Shown piece by piece: positions 35,038 through 50,552 of a stretch of DNA of 64,000 nt. Below the pieces are notes generated by a model that ran no database searches, was not told where the DNA came from, and saw only the letters and a program-made list of their open reading frames with translations. Made by a program: the position numbers and the translations under genes. Location: assembly GCA_051294375.1 (NCBI GenBank), contig CM119267.1, positions 21,149,755 to 21,213,754 of the forward strand, read 5' to 3'. The first letter of the stretch is position 1. Every line of letters starts with the position of its first letter. The DNA comes from Paraspadella gotoi. Lineage: Eukaryota; Animalia; Chaetognatha.

Positions 35038-36442
35038 ATGCATCGTTGTTATTCAATCGTCGTTTTCATCGCCGTCGCTGTCGCGATAAGCGACTCCTAC
35101 TGTCCACCAGGTTCGTTAAAATATAGATATATCTTTTTTTACACACTTCAGATTTGCATGTATAATTTTAAACGAGTCCTATCTAAAACTATAATGATTA
35201 TTCCTTATTTAATATTCGCGTGTATACTTTTAAACGAGTCCTAACTAAAACTATAATGATTATTCCTAATCTGTCGCAGAACCCGAATTTTCCGTCGACG
35301 GATGCAACAGTTGCAAATGCACCGTCATCAACGGTCGAGGATATCCAGATTGCACCAGGAATGTCTGCAATTTCGTTTGTCACCGGTAATTAAGCTTTTT
35401 TTAGCTTTTTTAAATTTTCTCGAATAATGAAAACCACAAGTACAATTATTAAAAAAATTAAAACGGTCAAATAATTGTTTCGACTTTGACCATAAGCTCA
35501 ACGAATCACATAATTTGAAATACTTTTCCTACAAATAATAGTCTACGATTTGTAATTTCTTTTTAAAAAGGTTTTACGGCTCAAATTTTTCTTTAACCAG
35601 AAAATTGTCATCTTAATTTTTTTTTATTGACCTTTCGTCCGACGATTGAAAATCGGTCATTTGTAAGGACGCATATATTTCTGAATAATATTGTATTTCA
35701 TATCGAGACATCCTGACGGTTTTCTTCATCGACAATTTTCAGTGATTTCTATTGGAATCCATGCACCAAATGCAACTGCGTGAACAACGTTCACGAATGT
35801 CAACATCAAATGGATTTCCCCACCTTCTGCCCCGCCACCTGGATGTCGTGAAAAAAATAAATAAATACGAAAAAATATAGCTTATGAACAATTTGTTATC
35901 TTAGCTCGAATTTAACGTGCTTAAACAATACTGTGTAATTATATTTGCTTGTCATAAAAATAGTGCAAATTGTCACTTGAAATGGCCGATGATCTTTTGT
36001 CGACGAAACAAATTTTTTTTCTTATGTACCTTTTAAAATAACTAGGAAAAAAATTTGATTCAAAATGTCCCCAGTAATTATTGTATTCACTTAGGTTTAA
36101 GAATAAATAAATTAATCTTTTTTTATTGTTGAATATTTTTTTTCCTCATTTCGAACCAGAAGAGGTATTTTACAAATATCTATTTCTGTAGCTTGAAGTA
36201 CTGTACTGTTATATTTCAAATAAAGAATCATTGGTAAAAATTAACTTTTTTTTCTAAAAAAAAAAACTTTTTCTGCAACTTTTTTTGGTACACAACTTGA
36301 CGTCTGAACCAACAGAGACTTCTGGTGGGATCCTTGCATCCTCTGCACCTGCAAGAACACGGCGCATTTCCGCACTGGCGTCTACAAGTGCTCAGCGGAT
36401 CCGGACAACTACAAGTGCGCTAAGAACTGGATGAGCGAATGA
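35038..36442 (+). CDS. Small secreted pacifastin-like protease inhibitor; exons 35038-35110 and 35280-35385, then alternative last exon 35743-35851 (95 aa) or 36316-36442 (101 aa)
   Basis: Signal peptide MHRCYSIVVFIAVAVAISDS; motif C-x10-CNSCKC-x10-CTRNVC fits pacifastin Cys spacing; GT-AG introns with matching phases; AATAAA right after the first stop. Confidence 0.82.
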
Positions 36443-38295
36443 AGACGATGACCGGAGAGAATCTTGAAATTCAGGGAGACCGTTTCCCGCCGTTTCCCGG
36501 ACGGGACACAATCTAAACATTTCTTACGTTGTCATCTTTGATATTTTATGATGATGGTTTATTCATGTATTTTCTAAATTATATGTAAATATTGTGAGGT
36601 ACGTTTTAATTCATTTGGAGATTGTACTAAAATTGCGTCCTAGAAATTAATATATTTGGGCAACGAGTGATAATACATTTTGGGTTTTAAATTATGACGC
36701 GAGTTAGTAAGTTGTAAAGCAGTGTTGTTATATCATGATTAATGTTTATCTTAGTAAGGTAATTTTGCTATCTTTCGTTTAATTTAGCCTTCAAAGTTTA
36801 GTCAAAATTTCATTAATAAAAAATCATCCATAATACGTTTTAAAAAGCTCAAACACACGAAAAGACCGTGATTTTTAAACATTAGGTATACGTTAAGTAA
36901 ACTAAAAATTTAAGACGTTTTCTCTGAAGTCAATCCAATTATCCCGCTTTCTTTCCTCGTATTATTTAACCAGCGAACTCACCAGGATCGTCCAAGCGTC
37001 TTTGACATGCCACCCCGCCGTCCGCCTTCCACGAGACATTGCTGACCGACGAGCCGCCAAAATGTCAACTTTCGCTACGTGAAAAAGGAAAGACTTTTCG
37101 CTTTGGTCGGTTCCAGGCCGTTCAAAATCTATAAGGGGAGGAATGAGTGTTGAAATGACCTGCTGACTGTTCATATTAACGAAGGAAACGAGGTGTTACG
37201 AGCTTGAAACCTTTTTGGGCCCCGCCTCTTGTGTTACGAATTCTGGAGTCCGTTAACAAATTTGCACCTTTCTCCAGTTCGCTTAGTAGTTTGCATTTTG
37301 CAACCTTACTTCCAATTTCCAACCCACTTTAAGTCCCGAAAGCTTGAACACCCGTTCGGACAGAGCCTTATGCTTACAATTACTCCATTTTATTTATTTA
37401 TTTATCTTTTTTATTATTTTACTTTATTTTACCTGCTTCGAATCGCTCAGACCTAACTTACCCTCACCCTACTTTCTATAACGACTCTCCACCTCGAAAT
37501 TCAGTCTCCTGTCTTTTTCCGCGCAAATGAAAAAAAAATTAGAAATTTACCCTTCGTTGGGTTAAACCGGTCGCCTTCGTTGTCGTCCACCTCGTTGTGG
37601 GAGACAGAGAATGCTTTCTTTTTTCTTTTTTTGTCGTCGTCGTCGTCGTCGTCACTACTGCCTTCTTAGGTGTCGCTCTCGTTATGCATTAAAGCTTTTA
37701 CCAGCCATCCCCTTTCGTAAGCCATCTCCCTCGACCATGCCTCACTCAATATTCACCCGAAATTGCTTCGATCAGGACGCATCACAGCCCCACACTCTTG
37801 CATATTTCCCTTTGTCCCAACTCTTCTCCTTTCTATAGACCCCATCATTAAATATTAAATCACTCTCTCCCCTTTCACCCTAACCCCCTTCATTTAACCA
37901 CCCCATCCTCCACCATCTCCCCGCGAGAGGCGCTGGGAGTCTCCCTCTTCCCAATTCCACATATTTTAACGAGTGGCGAAAAATATTCTTTCTCGGCCCG
38001 GTGGAGACTCGGAATTGCGAATTTTGAAGAGGAGGGAGGAGGAGGAAGAGGAGGAGGAGGAGGAAGGGATGGAGTGAAGGAAGAAAAGAAGAGTGAGAGA
38101 GGAAAAACAGGCGAGATAATGAAAGAGAGAGAGGGAGACAGAAGAGTGAAAATTGTGGACTGAAATATGAGAGAGTGTTGAAAAAAATTAGACACCAAAA
38201 GAGAAGTTTTTGAAAAGAATGAGATATGAGAGGTTCTTACATACATATAATTAAAGTAGTTAATAAAAAAATCATACCACTTTATTGATGAGAAA

Positions 38296-38442
38296 GCCAG
38301 GTGAATAAACTAGAGTGAGAGAGAGTCTTTATTGAAAGCTATGTCAGTATTATGAAACCCACCATAGCCAGTAAAAAGTCACGGTCAAGATTGCTGATTT
38401 ATTGAATGAATGGATAGTTTTTATATTGGTTGCTCGAAATTC
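38296..38442 (+). repeat. Dispersed repeat, copy 3
   Basis: ggtgaataaac ... gaatggatagtttttatattggttgctcgaaattc. Confidence 0.7.
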
Positions 38443-39220
38443 ATGGAAGAATAAACTCGACTATGAGGCTTATTGATCGAAATTTTTAAAAAACAAAGAA
38501 AATTGTAAAACGGTGAATTGGTTTCTCAAAAAAGTGGGATTTCTCGCAAGTTCGTTTTCACTAATGAGAAGATAAAGAAAGACGGTATGACAAGTTTATT
38601 AGTGGAAGACAGAAAGAGAGAGAGAGANNNNNNNNNNGACAGAGACAGAGACAGAGAGAGAGAGACCAAATAAGACAACGTTTCTTCCTCTCTCTCTTCT
38701 CACATTCCTTTTCCTCCCTTTTTCTTCGTCCCGAGACAGCAAAGTATTCCAACCCGGAGGTCTCCCTCCTTTCTCTATTCTTTTCTCATTCATTTCCTTC
38801 ACTTCTTTTTTTCCTTTCTCCTCCTCCTCATCCTCCTTTTATCTCTCAAATCCTCTTCCTCTTCCGCCTACTCTCGTCCTCGTCGTCTCCCTTTTTCTTT
38901 TCTTTTTCTTTTTCTTTCTTCTCTTTTCTTTTTCCTCTCTCTTCCATTGATTTTAATTAATATTATCATCCCAACTTTAAATTCGAAAAATCTATGTTTC
39001 TAATCAAGCCACGTCTCTTAAATTAACTCTCTCCAATCAGCCTCTTCTCATCCTCCTTCATTGCATCTCCTCCTCCTCCTCCTCCTCCTCCTCCTCCTCC
39101 TCCTCCCACCCTCGGTTGGACGGCGTCAAACTCTGCCAACATCCGGGACCCGGATTCGACTCCGCGTCTTCGCATCAACTTCGCGCGAACTCGCGTCACT
39201 TTGGCGTCACAAACGCGTTC

Positions 39221-39452
39221 CATCACTGTCCGACCGACTCTATCACTGTCGATCGAACCTCTATCACTGTCAAACTCTGGATGTCACCGTCAAACCGACT
39301 CTATCACTGTCAAACGAACTCACTGTCTTACTGAGGCAGTCACCGTCACCGTCAGCGACTCACTTCCAAACGAACCTCTATCGCTGTCGACGTGAGGCTG
39401 CCACTGTCAAACCGATTTTATCACTGTCTAACGAACCTATATCACTGTCAAA
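39221..39452. repeat. ~20-21 bp minisatellite (ctctatcactgtcaaaccga)
   Basis: Repeated atcactgtc cores at ~20-bp spacing. Confidence 0.85.
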
Positions 39453-40286
39453 GTGAAGTCTTTCGCTTTCAGAGAGTAAACATAAACTTTATTGAGCTAA
39501 TAAACGGAATATTTCACTGACGAATCGACTCACAATCAAACGAACCTCATCTCTGCCAAAATCTCGTCACCCGAAAATCGTGAAAAACACCATTTCAGCC
39601 CGAAAACAAATTTTATTCTTTTAAACCTTTCGTACAAAATAATTTCTGTATAGCTTTTCATTACTAGTAGTTTTTTATGCATGTTATAGAGTAAACTCTG
39701 CGATCATCATTACTTTTTCACTCGTTCCATTTCAGGTGTTTCCTTCAAAAAATTCTTCCGCGACAACGAAAACCCAAAAAAACGTAAATAAAATAACAAT
39801 ACCTTTTTTTTGTTATCAAAAACACGAAAAAATAATTTTTTTTAAAGCCAAAGAGTCTTTCATTCATTCAAATGCCTCCTGGAATTTGAGAAAGAAAAAA
39901 AATTTGGGCAAAAGAGGTAAGTTTGCTCTCGTTCCAATTTCGATTTTGCGCTCGTCTATTGTTTTGGTTCCGCTGTTTTGTTGTTTTGTTCTTCATTACC
40001 TTGGAGTCTCTCTCTCTCTCTCTCTCTCTCTCNNNNNNNNNNNNNNNNNNNNNNNNNNNNNNNNNNNNNNNNNNNNNNNNNNNNNNNNNNNNNNNNNNNN
40101 NNNNNNNNNNNNNNNNNNNNNNNNNNNNNNNNNNNNNNNNNNNNNNNNNNNNNNNNNNNNNNNNNNNNNNNNNNNNNNNNNNNNNNNNNNNNNAAATAAA
40201 GAAATGGAATGAGAAGAAAAGAAAAAAAAGACAAACAAACATAATTACAGTATATGAAGAAAGCGAAAGGGAAAGAAAAATTAAAA

Positions 40287-40366
<80 letters not shown>

Positions 40367-40529
40367 TAATTTCATTTTCATATCCGGGTTGTTTTGATCG
40401 TTGGCGTCGCCCGTTTTACGATTGCGGTCACAAAAGAATTTCCACGCTCATCGATTCTTTTATTCCTTTTGTTATTTTCGACGTTCCCTTTTGTTTGTTT
40501 ACGTTTTCGTTGTCGCCGGAGAGAGAGAG

Positions 40530-40583
<54 letters not shown>

Positions 40584-40753
40584 AGAGAAGAAGAGAGAAG
40601 CAAAAATGGAAAGTGCAGAAATCTTGTTTTCCACAAGGAGGAGATGGGAAATCCTTTTTTGTTTTCAGGTGATCCCTCAGCAAATTCCATGATATTTTGA
40701 AGTATTTGGAGCGCTCTCTCGATCTCTCTCTCTCTCTCTCACTTCTGGTCCAT

Positions 40754-40820
<67 letters not shown>

Positions 40821-41310
40821 TCATTCTACCTGAGTCTTTGGGATTGCAGTACTTCAAAAGCAGATGCAACTTTTTAACAAAAACATTGGCGAATTAGATT
40901 CCCGATCGTTTAGACTTTAAACGTAGGTCTGCACCGCATCAACAGTTGGTAATTCTTAGTTCGTGAGTTCTCAAACATATTCTCGTTGAAAAATACGCGA
41001 AAAAAAGATTTTACGATTGAAACGGCTCCACGATGCGGCGACAATAAATGTATTTACTATTTCAAATACATATCATTCAAAAATATTTACCTTTCTTTAA
41101 GAAAATTTTGATTTTTGATTATTTCAAATATTTTAAGCATTTTTTATTTATAAGTTCCAAATTTTTAATTTTTAATTTTAAAAATCAACTTACGATAATT
41201 TTATTTAAGTTATTTATTTAAGTTATATTTCGGATGAATACAACTTAAATAAAATAGGATATATACTAGCAAAGTTTGATTTTATTTTTGCAACGAATTT
41301 TATTTTACAA

Positions 41311-41356
41311 GAGCAGACATGTTTCGGCTCACAATACGAGCCTTCATCAGCGCATA
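41311..41356 (-). ncRNA. Minimal type I hammerhead ribozyme (Penelope-like-element type)
   Basis: Minus strand: gcg-CTGATGA-A-GGCTC-gtattgt-GAGCC-GAAA-CATG-TC-tgc. Intact core, 5-bp stem II, palindromic ACATGT stem III, 3-bp stem I; AATAAA downstream. Confidence 0.75.
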
Positions 41357-41913
41357 TGAAAGGATAATTACCATGAATCGATATATACTAGAAAAATTAA
41401 TTAATTATTCAACGAATAAATAGATGAATTATTATTTATATTCCGCCAAAAAAACTTAATGGGAAGCCTCGCCACATGCTTAAAAAAAAAAAAAAAAACC
41501 GCGCGGAGAAAGAAACTCATAAAAAGGATCTCACGTTCCTCTGTTTTTCTTTCTCTCCTCAGTTTCCGTCGTATCTCTTTATCTCTTCGGTTTGTTTTTC
41601 TCGGCTTTGTATTCCCAGAACGACACATTTCATCTAAAGTTCATAATTAAGAACATTTTTTAATTAAATTTTACTAGTTGGAGGTTAGGTTTAAGGATTA
41701 GGTTAAGAAAAAGGTTAGTAATTAAGGTTATGGATAAGTTCAAAAATATATTGAGGTTAAATACTAAGATGAAAATTAAATTCCGTTTTAAAGGAACAGA
41801 AATGGAGCGCTCTCGGAAAAAAAGAGCCGTTTTTTATTCTCTCTCTTTCCTTATTTCACTTTTTTCTTTTCTTTTCATTTCTCCCAGAGGCCGATGTCTA
41901 TTTATCCTTTCTT

Positions 41914-41949
<36 letters not shown>

Positions 41950-42078
41950 TCTCTCTCCTCTCTCTCAATCTCCATCTACTCCTATCTCTCGTCTCTAGCT
42001 CTGTCGTCTCTACTCTCAATCTCTCTCTTCTTTCTCTCTCTTTCTTTACTCTCNNNNNNNNNNNNNNNNNNNNNNNNN

Positions 42079-44463
<2,385 letters not shown>

Positions 44464-45850
44464 TTCCTTTCCTTTCCTTTCCTTTCCTTTCCTTTCCTTT
44501 TCTATCCTTTATTTTCCTTTTCTATCCTTTCCTTTTCTTTCTTTTCCTTTCCTTTTCTTTTCTTTCTCTATTCAAAACAATAACCTCCTTGATTAAGGCA
44601 AAAAAAAAAAAAAATAAATAAATCGCAGTAAATTTGTCATAAATTTTTTTCCCCGTTTTTTAAATTTCTGAGAAAGAAATATGACAGAACAAGAAAATAA
44701 AGGAGCAACAATCGCTGTTATTAAAGTCTTTCTTTTCATTTGTTCCTTTTTTCCTCAATTTCTATTCTTTTCTCTCAAAACTTCTCTTCTCTTCTCTTAC
44801 TTGTTTCTTTATTTATTTCCTTTTTCCTACCTCCCCTTTTACCCCATCCCTCTCTCTCNNNNNNNNNNNNNNNNNNNNNNNNNNNNNNNNNNNNNNNNNN
44901 NNNNNNNNNNNNNNNNNNNNNNNNNNNNNNNNNNNNNNNNNNNNNNNNNNNNNNNNNNNNNNNNNNNNNNNNNNNNNNNNNNNNNNNNNNNNNNNNNNNN
45001 NNNNNNNNNNNNNNNNNNNNNNNNNNNNNNNNNNNNCTCTCTCTTTCTCGTTCGTCGCAGCTGCTTTCTTCCTTCTTCCTTCTCTCGTTTGCCCGAGTTT
45101 CGTCTCATCCTTTTTAGTCGCGGCTCAGCCGTGACTCAATGAGACTCTTTTTCTGTCTGTCTGTCTGTCTGTCTGTTTGACTTTTTGTCTGTTTGTTTGT
45201 CTGTCTATATATGTCTCTATTTCTTCTTAATTTTTACTCGGTTTTTACGTCTTTAAATAAAGTAAGGATAGAAAGTAAAATTCGTTATAGAAAAAGGTTC
45301 TATCGTCTAAAACCACTTGTTTTTAAAGATCCAATGAGAAACGAGAAAGAATAATTTTTGGTTCTGCGAATCTCCAATGAGGAAGAAGCTTAAATAAGGA
45401 GGAGGAGGAGGAAGAGGATGAGGAAGAGGAGAAAGAGAGGAGGAGGAAGAACAGATGGATGAAGAGGAAGATTAGTAGAGAAAATTTTAGACGTATAATA
45501 AATGATCACTTTTTAGTGTATATAGTGAATCAATAACTCGAGCCGTGACTTTTGGTTCATTCGGAAGCTGGATCTTGTTCTCTCGTCGTCTCCTCGGTTT
45601 GAGAATTTCCCTCAAGAAGCAGAACTTTTAGATCGAAAGATAATCAAACAAAAAAGTTTTAAAAAATTAAAGGCATATAAATCAGTTATAAATTATGACT
45701 TTTTTAGTATTCACAATTTCCTTCTGACTCTGTAATGTTTTGCTAATTTAATTAAAATGTGTACATACATATATATGTACAGCTCATTAACAATTGCATT
45801 GTTACTGTGTTAAATTTTCACATTTTTAGCATAATAAATCAAATCAAAAT

Positions 45851-45921
<71 letters not shown>

Positions 45922-47512
45922 ACTCTTTCTCTCTCTCTCTACCACCATTCCTTTTTAGAGCTTGGATTTTCTCCAATAAATTCTTGATTAGCGGTTGATT
46001 TGGGTCGGCGAAGGACACTCTCGTCGTTGGGGGGCGAGCGAGGGGGCCTCCGAGTCGATGGGGGCCTCTTGGGAAGAAATCACGGAGTCTCTCGGCCAAT
46101 TTTCCCGAATTTTGGGGACAATTGGGAATTTCTTTGGGGGGGCGGACCCTAACCCCTGAAAGACTCGATGTCGCCTCGTTTCCTTAAATCAAAAGATTCG
46201 TTTTCTCCGCAATCATTTTTGACTCTTTCTGACATTTTGACTCTTTCTGATCTTTCGATTCTCATTCTTGTTTTTGCAATAACCGTTTTTGAATGTTACT
46301 TTGTGGCCTATTCTCATATTTCTTTTTATTTTTAAATTTTTTTATTTAAATTAATACCAAAAATAGTATTGACAGAAATAGTAACAGAGTAAAAGACTAG
46401 AAAACGGTAAACAAGTAAAAACTAAACTATTAAACTATTAACAACAAAAATAAAAGACACTAACGTTTAAAAAAAACGTATTTTCATTTTAAATTTCTTG
46501 CTACCGCTACCACATTTCCTTTTTTTAAATTATTATTTTTACACACTTTTCAAACATTTTTTTAATTTATTTTTACTTTTCTTCTCTTTTTATCCGTCCA
46601 AATTTATTTATTTCATTTCTTTTTTTAATCCATTTCATTCTCTCTTTTCCACTTTTATCATGATTTACTTCTTGAACTTTGCTGAACTGAAACGTCAAAG
46701 CTTAGGGGAGAAAGACAACGACCGATCTCACAGGATTCTTTTCTTTTTCACAAGATGTCGCTTCAATATGCAAATTAGATGAAGCGACCGCGAGCCTTTT
46801 GTTTGCTTTCGTAGTCGTTTTCGTTGGTTGGAAATCTGACGCTAGTTGAAAACAGACAGAGACATCATTCAACCCTTAGATTCTTAAACTCTTAGGATCT
46901 CAGACTCTCAGACTCTTACTTAGACCCTAGAACTCTCGGACCCTAGGACTCTAAGACTCTTAAACTCAGACTCAGAAATTCTCGATCTCTCCAACTCGCG
47001 ATTTTCGATTGATGAAATTTTGATTTATATTCTAAAAATAGTAAAGTAGCAAGGAAACGCAACTTAGCGTCGTTAAAATACGGAGGAAGTAATTTACAAT
47101 CTTTGTGGCGTAAGAAAAAAACTGCCTTAGCTGAGTTGAAAAATCAGGAAATGTTACAGAGAGCGAGAGAGAGAGAGAACAGACTACGATGTAGAGAGAT
47201 AGAGAGAGAATGAGGACCGAGAGAGACTCTGAGACTTGAGGCAGATCTGAGAGAGATTGAGAGAGAGAGAGAGACAGACAGAGAGAGACAGAGAGAGAAT
47301 AGAAGTCAGAGAGAAAAAAGAAAAGACAGAAAAAAAAGAGCAAACCTCAACGAGTTATCTCTATCTAGAATTACGTGTAAATAAAATTTCATTTGAAAGA
47401 AAAGCACACAAAATAAAACGCAGCTCTCACATAAACTTTGAATTGCAATGCAAGTTAAATGCAACTCAAGAGAAGATGCTAAACGCGGTAAGTCAACCGT
47501 TTAAGTAAATCA

Positions 47513-47567
<55 letters not shown>

Positions 47568-47569
<2 letters not shown>

Positions 47570-47989
47570 CCTCGGAAAATCGCAACGGAGTTTGTCTCCC
47601 TCTTGTTCGCCTTGAACTGACTTTGGATGAAGACGAGGCCGTCTGCGGCACCACCGATAGCGCCGCCGCCGTCGCCGCCGCCGCCGTTGGCGCAAAGGGC
47701 GTCGATCGCTCGGTGTCGGCGCGGCGCGGTTCCGTAACTATGGCCACTACTCTGTTACATCAGCATTGGAAAAAGAAGAGCCGACGCGAGTCGACCGCGG
47801 TGCTGACGCAACTCTAACGATGCAATGACGCAGCGCCAATGCCAGGTAAGCGCCTCAATGACTTAGCGCTAAGCAGCGCCAATGCCAGTTCAGCGCCTCA
47901 ATGACGCATTGCCAAAGCAGCGCCGATACGGGGTCGGCAACGCTTCTGATTACGGCGCCGATGCGAGGAGAGGTTTTTTCATGGTTGAC
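47568..47989. CDS. GC-rich putative exon, Ala-rich, strand uncertain
   Basis: Both strands give partial open frames (minus ...SSSSKVSSRRTRGRQTPLRFSE|gt; plus ...RRGSVTMA...RRES); includes short caatgacgcagcgcc-like repeats. Confidence 0.3.
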
Positions 47990-48044
47990 CTGGTTTTTAA
48001 TGTGAGCTCAAAGAAAAGCAATCCGTCGGCAAAGGGAAGGTTGG

Positions 48045-48112
<68 letters not shown>

Positions 48113-48715
48113 GGAGGAGGAGAAGAAGTGAGTGAGGTTGTTGTCTGAGGTAAAAGAGGAGATAAAAGACGGGAGGAGTTGGTTAAGATTGCAGATGGTA
48201 GAAATGGTAGAGGTGGTGGCAAGTAGGTGAAACTTTAAAAAAAATTGACATTCTAAGTTTCTTTAAATATTAAATATTAATGAATTTTTTTTTTTAGAAA
48301 AAAAAAAAGAATTTAAATCTCATAAGTTTTAACATTGAAAATAATCAAATTAGGCCCAGAAATTTGAATGAGCTTTGTTGTAAAGCTTAACCTTCTAGTG
48401 GACCTAGTACAATGAATTTTTTTTTTTTTTTTATCAAACATAAATCAATCAAAAAATAATTATTCAATCAAACATATAAAACAATCAATCAATAAACATC
48501 ATTTAATCTTTATCATTCAATAAATAAACAATAATCATTCAATCAATGAATCACATCATCAATAAACAATTTAATCCATCCCTTTTATACACAGTCTCTT
48601 TCCTTCCTAAAAAAATCTGATCCATGGAAGACAACACAACAAACAACAACCAACAACAACAACAACAAAACAACAACAACAACAAACAACAACAACACAA
48701 CAACAACAACAACAA

Positions 48716-50150
48716 GACTTGATTTGTTCTCCGAAGACGAAAACACAAAAAACGACCGACGACGACGAAAAAAAGGATAACGACGACGACGACGAAACGA
48801 CGACGACGAAAGAAAGTGAACGCCAACGCCTTCGCTTCGGCACCGCCTCCAAATCAGCGACGAGAGGAACGCTCCGGAGGCCTCGAGGATTTTTCGTCGG
48901 AGAAATCCGGAAGACGTTCGACGACGACGTTCGATGATCCAACGGATCGCCACACGACGACGACGACGACGCCGACACGACGACGGAGAGAAAGGAAGAG
49001 AAAAATCTCGAACGTCGACGAAAGAACACGACGACGACAAGAAGCGACGACGATGACGACGACATCTCTCGAGGTTCTTCAACTACGATCCACCCGCAAA
49101 TGCACCCATTTGCAAGATGCACCCATGCAGTCGCACAAGATGCAGCCCATGCAGACGCCAGCAGATGAGCCCAATGCCAAATGCAGCAGATGCAGGCCCA
49201 TGCAGACGCAGCAGATGCAGCAAATTCTATGCATACATGCAACAAACGAGCCGATGGAACATGCCAGCAAATTGCAGTAACATGCAATGATGCAGCAGAC
49301 GCAAACAATTATCCAATGCAGCAGCCGGGATAATCTTCGCAACGATGCAACATATGCCGCAGCAGGATTATTCTTCTATGCTACAGATCAGCAAACGTCA
49401 CAAATCAGCAAAAGCGTGCAGATTGCCGTTCGCAGATGCCTCGCAGATGCCGTCGCAAGATGCCGGGCCGCCTCGACGCTTCGATGGCAGCTCGATCATC
49501 GAAAACCACAATAACCCAATCTCTCGTTCTCGAATGGAAAGGCAGACGGCACCAGCCCGTCCATGTAGCAGCAAGTTTCTGTACAGCCGCAATGCAGGAA
49601 CAGCAGCCACCCCTCCGCGCCGCCGCCAACAAGGGCCGGGGATCTGTATATCAAACGCTCTTATGCCTGGGCGGCCGCCGCTTCGCCGCGCTCGCTCCAC
49701 CCGGCGCACGCCGGGAAAACCCCTCTCGGCGGCGGGGTTTCCGGGCCGGTCCGCCCAGCTGGAAAGCTGGCTCTCTGCCTCCACTAACCGTGCCTGGCGC
49801 GCCACCGGGACTCGCAAGCATGAGCCGTTCCGCGCGCCGGCGCCTTTCCCGACCCCGGCGGGTACCAGTTCACGGACACCCGGTTGCCAGCTCCCGCCGC
49901 CGCAGTTCCGCGTTGCTCCTGCTCTGGCGCGCATCCCGGCGTTGCGCCAGCTCCCGGCGCTTCCCGGCGTTGCCCAAGTCCCCTGGCGTCCGGCCATCCA
50001 CCAGTATCGGAGTAACCGCCTTCGTGCTTGGTTCCAGCGCGACTCGGCCGGAGTTCCGTCGCCGCCGTTATTACGTTCGGCGCCGCCCGTCGTTTTTCGG
50101 AAATGATCAGCGATCTGCCGTAGTCCTTCAACTTGGAGATTGGCTGTGAA
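48716..50150 (+). CDS. Probable large low-complexity exon (Asp/Thr-rich, then Gln/Met-rich, then Pro/Ala-rich), frameshifted by sequence errors
   Basis: High GC, triplet periodicity (gacgacgac, atgcagcagatgcag), and overlapping long ORFs that switch frame. Confidence 0.5.
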
Positions 50151-50552
50151 GGGAGAGAGTGTTTGTAATATGTTTTGGGCTTAGGCCTGTGTTGCTGGTT
50201 TTAAAGTTTTGTTTGTCTGGTTTTCTTTCGTTTTTTTTTTTTTTTTTTTTTTTTTTTTGTAGAAAAAATAAGTTTTTTTTCACAATAACCCCAAAAAAAT
50301 GAAAACGAGGCTGCGTATTTCCCTATCGCACTCTCTCCTTATTTTTACTTCTCACTTCCCTCTCCCCTCTTTCCCTCACCCCTCTTTATCTCCTCTTTAA
50401 CTTCCTCCTCTTCTTCTTCTCTCCTTCCCCCCTCTCCTATCTACCTCTGTTCTTCCTCTCCCCCTTCTCATATTTCCTCTTCCTTCCCTCTTTTTTTCTC
50501 CTTCTCTTTCTTCCCTCCCTCCCTCCCTTTCCCCCCCTCCTCTCTTCCCCAG

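Noticed and set aside
12860-35040. Splice acceptors shortly upstream of all three start codons (12871, 28210, 35024) as trans-splice sites
   Set aside because: Plausible cis donors exist upstream (gtaacc at 28296 on minus, gttagt at ~34914), so 5'-UTR introns explain them. Transcript 5' ends would be needed.
39221-39452. ctctatcactg resembling a tet operator half-site or a CRISPR repeat
   Set aside because: No palindromic second half and no spacers; it is an ordinary minisatellite.
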